From Nematocida ausubeli (lineage: Eukaryota), in the NCBI RefSeq assembly GCF_000738915.1, contig NW_026515638.1:518882-582881 (forward strand): a stretch of DNA of 64,000 nt, written 5' to 3'. The position numbers and the translations under genes were made by a program. The notes beneath the pieces were generated by a model, which searched no databases, was not told where the DNA came from, and worked only from the letters and a program-made list of their open reading frames with translations. This document shows, piece by piece, positions 22,000 to 34,246 of this stretch (position 1 is the first letter of the stretch; the number at the start of each line of letters is the position of its first letter).

Positions 22000-24900
22000 C
22001 TATTTTAGTGCACTCGATATTTTTTTGACAAGCTTTTGGAGCTTTGGATTTGCACTCCACTCCTTGCAAATACTCTTCATCTTCTTTCTCAGCTGCGACT
22101 TCTCCACTATGTCTTTCAGAAGCTGCAAAAGACCTTGTAAAACCTCTTCTTTTTCTTCATTTGCTATTATCTCTGCTGTTTTGAGGAAAAGAGTGATCCA
22201 AGCGCCCTCTGCGTATCTTTCAAATACATCTCGAAGAAGGTTTATGATAAACAGCTTGTCTGACACTGTTCCCTCCTTCACCTGTGCAAGCAGAGTGGTA
22301 AAAACAGTAGGCCCGTTATTTTCCTCTGGAACGTACTCAGCTAGTATTGTCCGTATGGTAGAGCGCACGGATTTTCCTGTAGGGGAGTTGACATTGCCAA
22401 TTATCTCCAAGAACTCGGTAATTGGGACATCACTCAAGAAAAACACTAGAATGTCTTTGTAGTGGTATATATCGTACTTTATGCTGCTTATTATATCTTC
22501 CTTGGAGTTGTGGTCTAGCACATAATTGGCAGTGAACAAAGCATACTTAAGTATCTCCAGAGCCACCATGCCTACTGCGTCTATTTTAGTGCGTATTTTA
22601 AGCAGATCCACAGCATGCTGCACTATCACTATAGAACTATCCAAATGCGGGGAATGCATGTATTCTTCCTTTAGCAGCTGCATGCACCCAAATAGTACAT
22701 CGTCATTTCTGCTGCTGACCTGGCTGAGTGCCTGATTTACAGCTATTTCATATGCTGGCTCACTGCGCCTGCTAGTAATAGCCTGTATGGCAGCCTGATG
22801 CAGCCAGCTGCCAGGCTTCTCATGTGCAAAGACCTCCTGAATGAGATCAGATGGTGAGTCTTTCAGTGCGTCTATATAGACTTTAATTATTTTTTTGTCT
22901 TTGAATGAGCCGTTCAAAATGGAAAATGCTTTCTTCCCTGAGTACTTCTTCATTACAAGCAGAACTATTTCTTTAAGTATACTGAGCGCATCTGGGTCTA
23001 CTATGTATGTAGAGTCTAGGTATCCGCTAAGAATTGGCGCAAGTCTTTCAATGCAAGGCGCGCCTGTGAATAGCTTTATAATTTTAACTACTGCATCAAA
23101 GTGCGAGGAAATCTTTTCTCTCTCCTTTCTCCAGTACCTTTCAAGCTCTTTGCAGAAAAACTCTGCTGCTGCGTTGACCTCCTGTGGTGTGTACTTTTTC
23201 AGGGCGGCCATCACTTTTATCTGCAGTGCGTTCTGGGTGGGTAATGCGCTTGTGTCCTCTAAATTATCGTCCTCGTTCTCATTTATGCTATGTACGTTTG
23301 CAGACTTGGAGACAGATAGCTGTGCTGCTAAAATACCAGTACGCCGGATATCTTCTTTCTTGGATGCCTCTTCTTGCTCTGGTGTGAGGGTGACTATGGT
23401 CTTCCTCTCCTTCCTTGATGGAACATCGCTGGCAGGCCTCTTCTGGGTAACAGATTTTATAGGTATTACAACTGTCTGTTTTGTGCAGTGCTTTATAATC
23501 ATTTCTATATTCCTTGGGTCCGTCTCTATTTTCTCTAGCTGTGCTACTAAATTTTCATTCAGATCTATAAACACGCCTAGCAGAGCATGTACCACGTAGT
23601 CACGGAAGGCTTCTCTTCTTAGCAAAGTGTACATGTGCTCTTGAATTATCATGTATATTGTGCTGCTCCGGATGAATCCATTCTCTTTGCTGAGCAGCAT
23701 CTCCATCTCCTTAGTGAGATCATACTTTACCTCCGCTGATGTCCCTTCGTACACAAACGACTTGCTGCTCTGGGAATACATCCATTTAGTGGTAGTGTCT
23801 GCAACAGGAGCATTGCACAGAAGCTTCATCTTATCCACTATCTGCACATAGTGCAGTGGGTAGTTTGTGTTGAGTATGTGGAGGGCAAGGAATATAGTGG
23901 CCTCGCCTTCTACCACAGAAATATCCTGCTGCAGGTATTCTGAATTACTGCAAGATATTCCCTGCCACATTGTAGTGCTGTTTGTTAGTCCTGCCAAAAC
24001 GCATGCTTCGTACGTTCTATATGCCCCCATGATGGTTTTCCAGACCTCTTTCGTTACTCTTCTGTCGGTTATTATTCTTCTCTGGAGAGACAGTGGGAGT
24101 GTGCTCAGAATATTGCACAAATATTTTGATCTAATTACCCTATCTCTATCATTCCCGTCAGTATCAATGATTCTTTCAATTTGTATTGCGTGCTCCTTTG
24201 CATTTACGGATGCACTTCGCAGAACAGCATGCTCCCAGCACCGCATAAGAACAGGAGAGTCAGTTTGCTTTCGCAGAAGAAGCAGTGCAAGCCCAACAAT
24301 CTCTCTTCCATGGACTGTATCAAGAATTTCTGTTAGAACATGGTCTGGATAAACCTCATTAACAATGCATATTCCATTGCATATTGCCTGATTAATTACT
24401 CTACTACTGGGCATACTTTTTGTGCGATATTTTTGTGCGTATTTAAGAAGAATACTACTTTGGTTTTCTGCCACGTAGTTTTTATCCATTTCTGAATAAC
24501 TATCCAGCAGCTGGCTAAGGAAGAGTGCTACAGTTTCTTCTATACTTTTTTCGAAAGAGACTTTTTCTAGGGCCTCTGGCCCCATAGACATAAGAACAAG
24601 CAGGCCGGTGTGGCTATCTGCCCTATACATGCTGTCTGGGTCTTCTTCAATTCTAGCTAAAACACTTTGAAGAATTCTTTCCTCTGAAGCCATTTTGTAC
24701 TCCTTATTTATATACACAACTGCCATCTCCAGAATATTCTTTGGGCTGAGTGCTTCTACAATTCTATTTATCGAATTCTCCTGGAACTGGTAATGCGATG
24801 CTATTTTAATGATGATTTCAACTGGAAATTCATTTACTCTTGCAACTAGGTCATCTATTCCTAGCTGTGACCATAAGGACCCTACCATGGTAACAAGAGG

Positions 24901-25581
24901 CAGCAGGTACAGCACAATCTTCTGCATAACAGATGGATCAGCTCGTTCCTTGATCTTTTCCAGCAGTAATTGCACATCCTGCTCACCTAGCTTATAGAGC
25001 GAAGTGTATCTTTCTATATCAAAGTACAGGTTTCTGTTTCTGTCCAGCAGCAAATTTGCTAGGAAGCAGACTCTAAACTCTTGGCTGCTTGCTTCTAAGA
25101 GACTGCAGACCCAAGGAGAAAGTGTCTGCGAGGCCTTCAGTGCTTCTGAGATAGAAACAGCTAAATACTGCTCTTTTTCCCCTACAAAGTTATGGTTGGA
25201 TATTCTACTAGATATATCTGCACTACCCCAGGAGATTGTTACAATCTTCTTAATTAGATAGAAGATGTTTGCAAGTGAGTCTGCATCTTTTTCCTGCTCT
25301 GCTGCCGCCAAAGCCGTCTCTGCTATCTTGGCACTGCGCGTCTTGATGAAAAGAGCCTCTGCTGATCTGCAAGTGGCTGTCCAGTCGTCTTCATTATGCG
25401 AGTTTAGTATTAAATAGTTTACTTTTTCCTCTATGCCCTGTGGGGCCCCGTCCATAAGCTTTCTGAAAAGAGGATGCGTCTTTGCCCACCCACTAAGAAT
25501 TCTATCTGGTTCATCTTCTCCTGCAGGCTGCCGTATTTTTGCAATTCTCTGCGCTATGTCTATTTGCCGCTGTGAACTCAT
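22000..25581 (-). CDS. Large HEAT-like protein, probably a reduced UTP20 (SSU processome)
   Basis: All-helical, ~1190 aa. The C-terminal series S..DVLF..MQLL, IKYDI, SVRSTIRTILAEY, FTTLL, LFL..A.IIANE resembles the UTP20 C-terminal region as I recall it. ATG at 25581. The ORF is secure; the identity is tentative. Confidence 0.5.
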   Translation of the reverse strand: MSSQRQIDIAQRIAKIRQPAGEDEPDRILSGWAKTHPLFRKLMDGAPQGIEEKVNYLILNSHNEDDWTATCRSAEALFIKTRSAKIAETALAAAEQEKDADSLANIFYLIKKIVTISWGSADISSRISNHNFVGEKEQYLAVSISEALKASQTLSPWVCSLLEASSQEFRVCFLANLLLDRNRNLYFDIERYTSLYKLGEQDVQLLLEKIKERADPSVMQKIVLYLLPLVTMVGSLWSQLGIDDLVARVNEFPVEIIIKIASHYQFQENSINRIVEALSPKNILEMAVVYINKEYKMASEERILQSVLARIEEDPDSMYRADSHTGLLVLMSMGPEALEKVSFEKSIEETVALFLSQLLDSYSEMDKNYVAENQSSILLKYAQKYRTKSMPSSRVINQAICNGICIVNEVYPDHVLTEILDTVHGREIVGLALLLLRKQTDSPVLMRCWEHAVLRSASVNAKEHAIQIERIIDTDGNDRDRVIRSKYLCNILSTLPLSLQRRIITDRRVTKEVWKTIMGAYRTYEACVLAGLTNSTTMWQGISCSNSEYLQQDISVVEGEATIFLALHILNTNYPLHYVQIVDKMKLLCNAPVADTTTKWMYSQSSKSFVYEGTSAEVKYDLTKEMEMLLSKENGFIRSSTIYMIIQEHMYTLLRREAFRDYVVHALLGVFIDLNENLVAQLEKIETDPRNIEMIIKHCTKQTVVIPIKSVTQKRPASDVPSRKERKTIVTLTPEQEEASKKEDIRRTGILAAQLSVSKSANVHSINENEDDNLEDTSALPTQNALQIKVMAALKKYTPQEVNAAAEFFCKELERYWRKEREKISSHFDAVVKIIKLFTGAPCIERLAPILSGYLDSTYIVDPDALSILKEIVLLVMKKYSGKKAFSILNGSFKDKKIIKVYIDALKDSPSDLIQEVFAHEKPGSWLHQAAIQAITSRRSEPAYEIAVNQALSQVSSRNDDVLFGCMQLLKEEYMHSPHLDSSIVIVQHAVDLLKIRTKIDAVGMVALEILKYALFTANYVLDHNSKEDIISSIKYDIYHYKDILVFFLSDVPITEFLEIIGNVNSPTGKSVRSTIRTILAEYVPEENNGPTVFTTLLAQVKEGTVSDKLFIINLLRDVFERYAEGAWITLFLKTAEIIANEEKEEVLQGLLQLLKDIVEKSQLRKKMKSICKEWSANPKLQKLVKKISSALK

Positions 25582-26323
25582 AAAAAATTTACTTCGTTTC
25601 ACAGCGCACTTATATTTTAGAGTAGGCTGTTAAGAGTTTAGAGAAATAGAAGCAACAAGCTAGCACATGCAAAGTACTCTTATTGGCCCTCTCATAAGCG
25701 TACAACAACTATTTGCTTGTTTCTGGCTGCTTTTTCAATATTTCTAGGGGGCTAATATGCAGCTACTTTCCATCACTACAAAGAATGGGCTTTTTACAGT
25801 ACTATTTAAGAGATATCTGATAAGCTAGACTGCAAATGCACACTTATAACAAAAGCAGCAGAGTACGCTAAATTCTTACTTAGAAAGTATTTATTGAACC
25901 ACTGGGTTTTCCATGCAAATTCAAGTTATCAATGCATGTGAAGCAGAGAGGGCACTTTTGAGTTACTCCAGTTATAGATGTATCTTTGTAGTTCCATATA
26001 ACTTTCTTGTTTATTGGAATAGAAAGTGCATATATTGGATGCGGCCTATTATGAAATACTTGCTGCATACGGATATTTTGTAAAGAATAGAAGAAATAGG
26101 AGGCGCAGTTATGCAAGAGTAAAATACAGCAAAGCTCTTCCTTCTATGGGAAAGTAAAATATATCTCTAAAAGAGAACTACTACCAGAAGTTGCACATGA
26201 CTATTATCTAGTAGCTAATGCATTGTATTGGTTTAGTACAGGGCATTCCCAAATATTAAAGGGAAATAGACTGTAATTTCAAAAAACGATTTAAATATCT
26301 TGTTACGCTCTATGAAGGAAATT

Positions 26324-27577
26324 TTACTCTGTAGCCAGGTCACTTACAGAACAGATTTCGAAATTCACTTCTGCCCCATTGTAAAAAAGAAACTGCCCTC
26401 CACTCTTTTCAAAGTCTCCGCAAATAGCAAAGACCTGGTCCTGCTGCTTATGCGTAAAGCAGTCATAGCTGTCTCCTATAACCAGACCTCTGAACTCCTC
26501 TGTGTATGACAGGTCTGTGTACGGGATGAAGGGATTGAAAGACGCCTGTGTTAGAAGCGCGCTGCCTAGTTCTTTTCTGAAGCTGCCCTTTACAACACTT
26601 TCTTCTCGTATGCCATCGATCAGATCAAAGGACCCAACCAGAAATGCCTCGTTTTCTATTCTTATCTCAGCAGGGTTTGTGGAAACAGTAAGGTTTTTGT
26701 ATGTTGTGCACTCTCCGCGGGGATAGAAATACCTGCTCCCTACGCCTGGGATGAGTATAAACTCAATGTTTTTGTGCACCTTTGCTAGAGATGCTTCTAT
26801 TCTGGGCTGCATGTTGGCAAGAATCTCTGTTTCATGCAGCATAATAACCACTGCAGCCAGCTCTATTTCGTATTCTGCATATACTTTTATCACATCGCAG
26901 ATTTTCTTAATATTATCAGCTGTGGAGACAAACTGAGAGATCATTATAAAGTTAGATTTGCCAGGCACTGAACTGCTATTAATTGACCTTCTTTCCGGAA
27001 GATGTATCTTTTCAACAGAAAACCCTTTTTCAGTAAGCTTCCCCTCAAATCCTGCACATATTCCTCTTCCCACAAAATAGTCGCTCTCTTTTATCTCACA
27101 GACCAGAACTGAGTCATCTTCGTCTTCTATCTCCACATCGCCTGTCTCTGAAATATGCACCATTCCAAATATCATGGAGGGTGTATCTGGCTTCAGTGTT
27201 ACAATTGATGTTTTTGGGAAAACAACCCCTTCCTTCAGCACTTTATATCGGGCAATCCCGTCTGGCTTGTACCTAACTGGATTTACTTCTATTTTCTGTC
27301 TTTCCTTTTGCTTATTCTTAATTGCATCCTCAACTGCTTGCTCTGTAAGTATTTCAGAGACATAGTTTGCCTTGATTATGTCTGCATATATTTCTGCATT
27401 GTCTATAGTCATCTTTTCTCTTATGCGCTTTATTACCTTTTGGGAGAGAGGAATTGCGCGTTCTTGTGTGAATATTCTGTACACATCCATCTCTGTGAGT
27501 TTGTCTGCAGTCACTTCTACTTTCTCTTGCTCTTTCAGTGGCTCTCCACTGTCTTTATCAGATGCGCTGTTTTCCAT
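26324..27577 (-). CDS. DPB2: DNA polymerase B-subunit family, most like Pol epsilon subunit 2
   Basis: IFGMV...G.VEIEDEDDSV (OB fold), F.VEKIHLP, FILIPG and STNPAEI match the POLE2/Dpb2 pattern. ATG at 27577. Confidence 0.7.
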   Translation of the reverse strand: MENSASDKDSGEPLKEQEKVEVTADKLTEMDVYRIFTQERAIPLSQKVIKRIREKMTIDNAEIYADIIKANYVSEILTEQAVEDAIKNKQKERQKIEVNPVRYKPDGIARYKVLKEGVVFPKTSIVTLKPDTPSMIFGMVHISETGDVEIEDEDDSVLVCEIKESDYFVGRGICAGFEGKLTEKGFSVEKIHLPERRSINSSSVPGKSNFIMISQFVSTADNIKKICDVIKVYAEYEIELAAVVIMLHETEILANMQPRIEASLAKVHKNIEFILIPGVGSRYFYPRGECTTYKNLTVSTNPAEIRIENEAFLVGSFDLIDGIREESVVKGSFRKELGSALLTQASFNPFIPYTDLSYTEEFRGLVIGDSYDCFTHKQQDQVFAICGDFEKSGGQFLFYNGAEVNFEICSVSDLATE

Positions 27578-28264
27578 TTCTGCCAAAAAGAAAGAGCAGC
27601 TTTTATAGTTTCCAGAAACATGCAGATGCAGGCTCTACTTCAAGGATTTCAAGGAGCACGTGCAAATGCATAGTTCAGCATATTTAAAGAAGCCCCTTGC
27701 TTACTTTATTCGCATTCACATTCTGCGTGGTATACTGTATTGAGGCACCTGCTTGTATGCGCTAGACAAGAGCACAGTCATAACAGCATGATCTATATAA
27801 ATATACATTTTTGGCTTGAGGCATATACTTGCTTATATAAGAATAGAAAAGGCATATAGTTCAAGTGTTCTTTGTTCATTCTGCACGGGTAGCATGGAGT
27901 CTGTCTATTTAAGTGGAAGTATCTGGCAGAAGCAAGTTTACTGCATTTTTATGTGTAGCATGTGCGTGTGCAAGGATGAATGCTTTTATGCATGTGGGTG
28001 TTCTGGATATTTAATGATAAATGGTCTTGCTAGAGTCAGGTGTTTCTGCCACCCAAATACTCACAGCATACTTCAGTGCAAAAATACTTTCATGCAGGAG
28101 GGCAAGCCACGGGAAGACACAGCGCAGGGCCGGGTGTGTTGGTAAGAAAAGAGAAAAGACTCAGAAGGGTCTGAATTATTAAAATATAAAGAAGCCCTCT
28201 TTAAGACAGTAGAGAAAGAGGGTGGCACACAGCGCGGCTACACTAATTTTCAAATAACTTTTAT

Positions 28265-29389
28265 TTAAAAGCATTTTCTGTGGACAACTGAAGGTCCGCA
28301 CTCGTCGTACTCAGCCTTGCTGATCCACATCTGCTGGAAAGTACCAAGTGAAGCCAAAATTGAACCACCAATCCACACACTGTATTTTCTCTCTGGGTTT
28401 GCCACAACCTTCACCTTCATGGAGGCAGGAGCCAGCTTAGAGATCTCATCCTGCATTCTGTCAGGCATTCCCTGGTACAGAGTAGTACCTCCTGAAAGAA
28501 CGATGTTTGAGTAGAGATCCTTTCTAATATCAACATCACACTTCATAATTGAGTTGAAGCATGTTTCGTGGATACCGACAGTTTCCAGTCCCATGAAAGA
28601 TGGCTGGAAGAGGGCCTCTGGGGCTCTGAATCTCTCATTTCCAATGGTTATGTTCTGGCCATCTGGCAGTTCATAGCTCTTCTCAAGCTCGCTGGATGGC
28701 TTGGCCATCTCTGCATCGAAGTTTGGTGCAACGTAGCACAGAGATTCCTTAATGCTTCTGACTATTTCTCTCTCAGCAGTTGTAGTGAAGGTGTATCCCT
28801 TCTCTGTGAGGATTCTCATAAGGTAGTCGGTCAAGTCTCTTCCGGCCAAGTCTAGTCTAGAGATAGCATGGGGGAGAGAGTATCCTTCATAGATAGGAAC
28901 AGTGTGGGTAACACCATCTCCAGAGTCCAGAACAATACCAGTGGTTCTACCGCTAGAGTAAAGAGACAGAACAGCCTGGATGGCCACGTAAAAGGATGGA
29001 CAGTTGAATGTCTCAAACATAATCTGGGTCATCTTCTCTCTGTTCAGCTTTGGGTTCAAAGGTGCCTCTGTCATAAGCACTGGGTGCTCTTCAGGTGCAA
29101 CTCTTAGCTCGTTGTAGAAGGTGTGGTGCCATATCTTCTCCATTGCGTCCCAGTCATTGACAATTCCGTGCTCAATTGGATACTTAAGCGTAAGAATACC
29201 TCTTCTGGTCTGGGCCTCTTCTCCAACATAGGACTCCTTTTGACCCATACCTACCATAACTCCATGGTGCCTGGGCTTACCTATTATGCTTGCAAAAACA
29301 GCTCTTGGACCATCATCGCCTGAGAATCCTGCCTTGCACATACCAGATCCATTGTCTATTACCAATGCTTTGCTTGCTTCGTCTGCCAT
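28265..29389 (-). CDS. ACT1: Actin
   Basis: Near-canonical actin ([38 protein letters not shown]); intronless. Confidence 0.99.
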   Translation of the reverse strand: MADEASKALVIDNGSGMCKAGFSGDDGPRAVFASIIGKPRHHGVMVGMGQKESYVGEEAQTRRGILTLKYPIEHGIVNDWDAMEKIWHHTFYNELRVAPEEHPVLMTEAPLNPKLNREKMTQIMFETFNCPSFYVAIQAVLSLYSSGRTTGIVLDSGDGVTHTVPIYEGYSLPHAISRLDLAGRDLTDYLMRILTEKGYTFTTTAEREIVRSIKESLCYVAPNFDAEMAKPSSELEKSYELPDGQNITIGNERFRAPEALFQPSFMGLETVGIHETCFNSIMKCDVDIRKDLYSNIVLSGGTTLYQGMPDRMQDEISKLAPASMKVKVVANPERKYSVWIGGSILASLGTFQQMWISKAEYDECGPSVVHRKCF

Positions 29390-29401
29390 TTTACAGGGGT
29401 C
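29390..29401 (-). promoter_or_regulatory. CCC-type motif just upstream of the actin start codon
   Basis: Minus strand GACCCCTGTAAA-ATG. Similar CCC at 2601-2603 (NemLGF1-like gene) and 34253-34255 (UBA2, minus strand). CCC/GGG-like start-proximal motifs are described in microsporidia. Confidence 0.5.
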
Positions 29402-30784
29402 AATAAAAAGAAAAAATAAATACTTAGGAATTTGTTTGTATTTTGGGTTATTATTGTTTTTTTAATAAAAAGATATAGTAAATATGTCTCAATAAACACG
29501 TCAAAATGATATATAGTCCGTATTTATACCGTGCATACTGTCACTGTAATGGCATGGTTTCCTGTGGGCCTATCGCCTTGTTAGAACAGCCCGTATCAGT
29601 GGCTAATTGAAATTTTAATTAATTTGCAATTTATAAATTTGATTTTCTTACATTATATTAACTAGTCTAGAATCAAGTAATATTGTTCTGGAGAATAGTA
29701 AAGCCTGCGATCGAAGGGTCTATAAAGGTAAATGCTGTCTTTGGAAGCGCCGAGTGAGGCGGAAGATCTTCATGGATAAATTGTTTTCTTGTTGTTTTCG
29801 AAACAAAAACACACAAGAGAAAAGAAATTAAAGAAAACAAAACAAAGCACATAAATTAGATTTAAGCAATATTGTATAGGAGAATGCACCATGACCGCCT
29901 AATTAGAATAGCATGCTGAGTGGGGTAGCGTAGGGTAGTGAGGCAGTAATGGCTTTGTGGGCAATTATTTTCTTTGTTATTAACTTGCAGAAATTTGCAA
30001 ACACAAAATTGCAGAAATTGAACTAATTCCTTTTAGAACTCAAAAATCCTTGGCAGTCGATTAATAAGATATTAGTGCGGATATTATTAGACAGCACTAT
30101 TAGACACAAAATATGAAATATTAAGTATAAAGCCTGCATTAGCACAAACAGATTCAATATTTACAGAGTGAAAATAATATAATTCTTTCATGGCTGTATC
30201 TCTGCCAGCTGGGCATACTAGGCCTACATGCAGTGCATAGAATTTTTTTGTTGCTTTTTAGTCTATTTTTAATTTAAGACAGTGTGTTTGTTTGCCTTTT
30301 GTTTATACAGATAAATAGATACACAAAATAATATATCAAAGAGCATGCTTCTTTGTATTGCTAACACTTAAAACACTTAAAACTACTGTTAATAATATAT
30401 TGTAATTCTGTCTGTCTAGCTTGCCTTAAATAGCTAGTCTAGTAGGGTTCTTTAATTCTTTCAGACTTTAAAAGTACTCAGCCCGACTATATATATCACT
30501 TATATCTATATAGTGTACATTTAGTCCACTGCATGCAAGTGCTAAAATTCTTTTAATTTTATATTTCTTGTCTTCTCTATTACGAGTATATTTCTATGTG
30601 TTCTTTAATATTGAGCTAAAATAAATTTGCTGCTGTATGTTGTCTTAATATATCCATACGCTGCTGTAATGCTGTCTGGTTCTGAGTTTTATATCTATGT
30701 GCACCTGCACAGGATAGTACTTTGATTTATGGAGTGCCTTTTCCTGGCCAGCCTTGTTGTTAGCACCTTGTCTTTGAGGAAGTG

Positions 30785-31462
30785 TTAAAAAACATTTAGA
30801 GTCTCTTCAAAGTATGTGCATATTTTGGAGCAGCAGGTGGCTGCAGAGAGAGCGTATGCAGAGAGGGATAGAATGTGGTGCATTCCTGTGTTTGGGTCTT
30901 CTCCACTTGAGATTGCATTAATGTAGAATACATACTCTGGGATTTCCTTCTGCTCAGATATTTCACTGCGCACTTCTATGCTATGCGCATGCTCTTTGTT
31001 TTGTTTCTCTGCATGAGCTTTTATGTCACAATTTAACGTGTCAAAAAAGTTCTCGCCTTCCTTTGACAGACCCACTTTTATGCTTTCGTTGGAGATGAAG
31101 CTTTCCAGTCTCTCCTTCTCAACTTTCATTAGCTCAATTCTCTCTCCTTCTGAGTATATTCTGTGCCTCTCCAGTAGCTGCACAAGCAGCCCACTGAACC
31201 TGCTGTACACTCTTGGAATTCGTATGGTTTTGTTCAGAGTCACCACCTTCCCTATGCTTAGCTCAATTAGCACGCGCAGATGGCCTGCCTTGTTTAACGG
31301 CGAGTCAAGCAACATCAGCAGACACTGGTGGAGTATATCTGGCCTGTACTCCGTGCTGTTTGCCCTTTTCCTTGCTTCAACCATTTCACTGCTGAGCAGC
31401 TCCTTTCCTCTTTTTGTTTTGACTATTTCTATGTTTGCATTCTGCAGAACTACTGTCAGCAT
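30785..31462 (-). CDS. EMG1: 18S rRNA pseudouridine N1-methyltransferase Emg1/Nep1
   Basis: RPDILHQCLLMLLDSPLNKAG, RIPRVYSRFSGLLVQLL, LSAATCCSKIC. ATG at 31462. Confidence 0.95.
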   Translation of the reverse strand: MLTVVLQNANIEIVKTKRGKELLSSEMVEARKRANSTEYRPDILHQCLLMLLDSPLNKAGHLRVLIELSIGKVVTLNKTIRIPRVYSRFSGLLVQLLERHRIYSEGERIELMKVEKERLESFISNESIKVGLSKEGENFFDTLNCDIKAHAEKQNKEHAHSIEVRSEISEQKEIPEYVFYINAISSGEDPNTGMHHILSLSAYALSAATCCSKICTYFEETLNVF

Positions 31463-31570
31463 CTTTCTGCAATAAAAAAACAACAAATAAATTGCTTGTT
31501 TATTTTCCAAAGAGTAATCTAGATCTGTGCCCCTCTTTCATTAAGGTCCGTTCATTATTTGTGTTTATTT

Positions 31571-32242
31571 ATGGACAGAGGTGCACGAAATGAAATCGTT
31601 TCGGATGTTTTTGGTATTCTGAAGAGCAGCAAATCTAGTCAGAGTGAGGGAGATGAAAGGAAGAAGGACATATTTTGCGAACCCGACATATCCTATGAAA
31701 AGCCCTCATACTCGTATGCCACTTTAATAACCCAGGCAATAATAGATAGCGCAGAGAAGAAACTAACACTCCGGGCCATATATGCATGGATTATGGGGAA
31801 GTACCCGTATTTTCGGAGGCAGCGAGGGGGGTGGCAGAACTCCATCCGGCACAACCTTTCCCTCAACAAGTGCTTCTACAAAATACCAAGAACAAACAAC
31901 GATCCGGGGAAGGGCTCCTACTGGACAGTTGACTCTGAGTATCTGAACGTCTTCAATCCACACGCCAAGCCTAAAAAGGAGTGTAGAGAAAGAGGAGAGA
32001 AAGACTGTAGAAAGTATCTGGATGCGGACAAGTCTTCCTTCTCTGAGATACTTACAAATGAAAGAAACTTCTTTGACTCAATTGGTGTCTCTGACAAGCA
32101 CATTTTTACAAAGTCATACGACTCATTGATTTTTGATGGAAACTTGCGAGATTTGGATGGGGATAGCTTTGAAAAGCTGCTCTCCAGATCTGAAGGTTCG
32201 TTCTCAGGCAGCACCTCTGACTACTTTAAATTTTCAAGGTAA
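31571..32242 (+). CDS. Forkhead-domain transcription factor (no FHA domain)
   Basis: [23 protein letters not shown]...[31 protein letters not shown] at 31571. Confidence 0.95.
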   Translation: MDRGARNEIVSDVFGILKSSKSSQSEGDERKKDIFCEPDISYEKPSYSYATLITQAIIDSAEKKLTLRAIYAWIMGKYPYFRRQRGGWQNSIRHNLSLNKCFYKIPRTNNDPGKGSYWTVDSEYLNVFNPHAKPKKECRERGEKDCRKYLDADKSSFSEILTNERNFFDSIGVSDKHIFTKSYDSLIFDGNLRDLDGDSFEKLLSRSEGSFSGSTSDYFKFSR

Positions 32243-33157
32243 TCATGTATACTTTGTAATTAAACTTCAATAGAATAATTGGCTTATTTATTATCATTTT
32301 AGTATTTCCTATGTCCCAAAAGGCACAAATAGTGGCACTAGAACCAGCACAGACAGGCGGGCTGTTTTCCTTGGCGGCTGTCTAAATAAAATGCTGCATG
32401 CTCTGCTGCCAGAAGATTCCAAGAAGAAAAGGCTTAAGATGCGTATATATTATATTTTTACTAATATTCAAGTGTGTAGACTGTGTAGGCAGCTGTAAAG
32501 GCTTTTTCTGGAATATGTGTTTGTAAAGGATGCGAATTTATTTTCATAGAAGAGAATCTGCATAATCTGAAGCAACCAGAATTGTATACAGATATCTTCT
32601 TCAAGCACTTCTGCTATGCATGCGCGCACTAATTGTATACAGCTAATTCTTCTGTCAATTTGTCAAGAAGAATACTGCATTGCTTTACAAAGTGCACAGT
32701 CACATAAGATGCATCTGATTTACAAGACCAAAAGGACTAATTTACACGGGATATAAGAAGTGTTTTTGCATATAATGTATATACAGAGTGTTTCTGCGTT
32801 TCTCAAAATTACTTATGTTTAAGTTATACTGAAAATAGCATCTCTTCATAATTCTGAAATACCATGAAGAAGATTAAAGTGTAATAGTCTGAACATTTTA
32901 AATATAATGATTTATATGAAGGCTACTGAAAGTCACCCGAGTGCATTTAATGATTACAGGCCAAGATGAAATATCTCATCCTTACTAATGGACAAAGCAG
33001 CAGGATAGTGCAGGAACAGAAAGCCATGCACTCATCTGCAATAGAAGTACTAGGAGGGCTTAATACAAATAATACAAATATAATGCAGTCTAGATGGTTT
33101 TCCAGGCAGATAAGTCTACAGAGTAAATATAGCAGCAGGCCATGCTTGTCATATCTA

Positions 33158-34246
33158 TTAATTGTGGCGTGCAGTACGAGACTCGTTTACACTTATATAT
33201 ATCATATGGCTTATCTCGTTGTTAAGTACTTTTAGAATAGTACCAGTTTGCACGCCCAGAGATATAAGAGGAGTACACAGTAGATCAGTATATTCAGTGT
33301 CGTATATAAGTGAGGTGTCCTTTAGCACAACAGTATCTTCACATACTTCAATCTGAAGGTGTCTCAGGATATCCTGCAAGCTTGTTGTTTTTTCTATTTC
33401 TATAGTGTGCGCAGTAGGCCCACATACTCTGCATTTGGCGTACGGAGCAATGCCTTTAACTCGCCGTATACTATTGCGGTCTAGGTAGTATATATTGTGA
33501 AGTACTCCTTTCTCTAGCATATCCATTTGCAGAATGATCAGGTTCGCTACCAAGGCATTTGTTGTAATAACTGAGGGAATTGTTTTGTCAAGTATCTCTT
33601 TTGTCACAGAAATATCTTGCACTTCTATATTATACTGCACAGCGCGCGCTGCTGATATTCTGTGGATCGACTCTAGAGTGTCCTCTGCCCCGCGGTTGCC
33701 CACTTCGTCATACTTTGCCCAGTGGACGCAGTGGTGCCACTCAGTGGGCGTTCTTCTAAGGGTGCAGATCGGATATACCTTTGCATCTGACACTTCCCTG
33801 CACTCATAGCACTCGGTTTTTTTTGGGAATATTATGTATACCTCGCCATCGTATCCTGCAGTGCCACTTTCTATCACAGGCACGCCAGAAAGAACACTCA
33901 TTCTGCTGATGTGCTTTCGTGCAGGAATATTATCCACACAGCTCAGAATGCACGAGAACTTCTTAAAGAACTCCACAGTGAAAAAAGCACTTGTTATATC
34001 CTGGGTGAAGAATCTTGACTCTATTGCATTCGAAGATAGAGCTGCAATTGACCTAGAGAGAATCTCTGCCTTATACTGGCTGATATCCTGCAAGGTGAAG
34101 AAAGACTGCCTGTTAAGATTAGACAGTTCAATTTTATCCATATCCACAATAGTAATACTCCCGGTGTATCCCTTAATAAGAAGATGCGCCACTTCACTTC
34201 CAATTCCTCCTGCACCTACAAGCAAAATATTCTGGCCTTTTTGCAT
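33158..34246 (-). CDS. UBA2: Ubiquitin-like activating enzyme E1 catalytic subunit, SUMO-type (Uba2)
   Basis: LVGAGGIGSE, IELSNLNRQ, PVIESGTAGYDG, CYEC, catalytic YPICTLRRTP..HCVHWAK, IPSVITTNA. ESGTAGY favours Uba2 over Uba3. Confidence 0.8.
   Translation of the reverse strand: MQKGQNILLVGAGGIGSEVAHLLIKGYTGSITIVDMDKIELSNLNRQSFFTLQDISQYKAEILSRSIAALSSNAIESRFFTQDITSAFFTVEFFKKFSCILSCVDNIPARKHISRMSVLSGVPVIESGTAGYDGEVYIIFPKKTECYECREVSDAKVYPICTLRRTPTEWHHCVHWAKYDEVGNRGAEDTLESIHRISAARAVQYNIEVQDISVTKEILDKTIPSVITTNALVANLIILQMDMLEKGVLHNIYYLDRNSIRRVKGIAPYAKCRVCGPTAHTIEIEKTTSLQDILRHLQIEVCEDTVVLKDTSLIYDTEYTDLLCTPLISLGVQTGTILKVLNNEISHMIYISVNESRTARHN

Noticed and set aside
25880..26116. 78-aa minus ORF with a CPLC...H motif
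   Set aside because: TTG start, short, and only a partial zinc-finger-like pattern; insufficient support.
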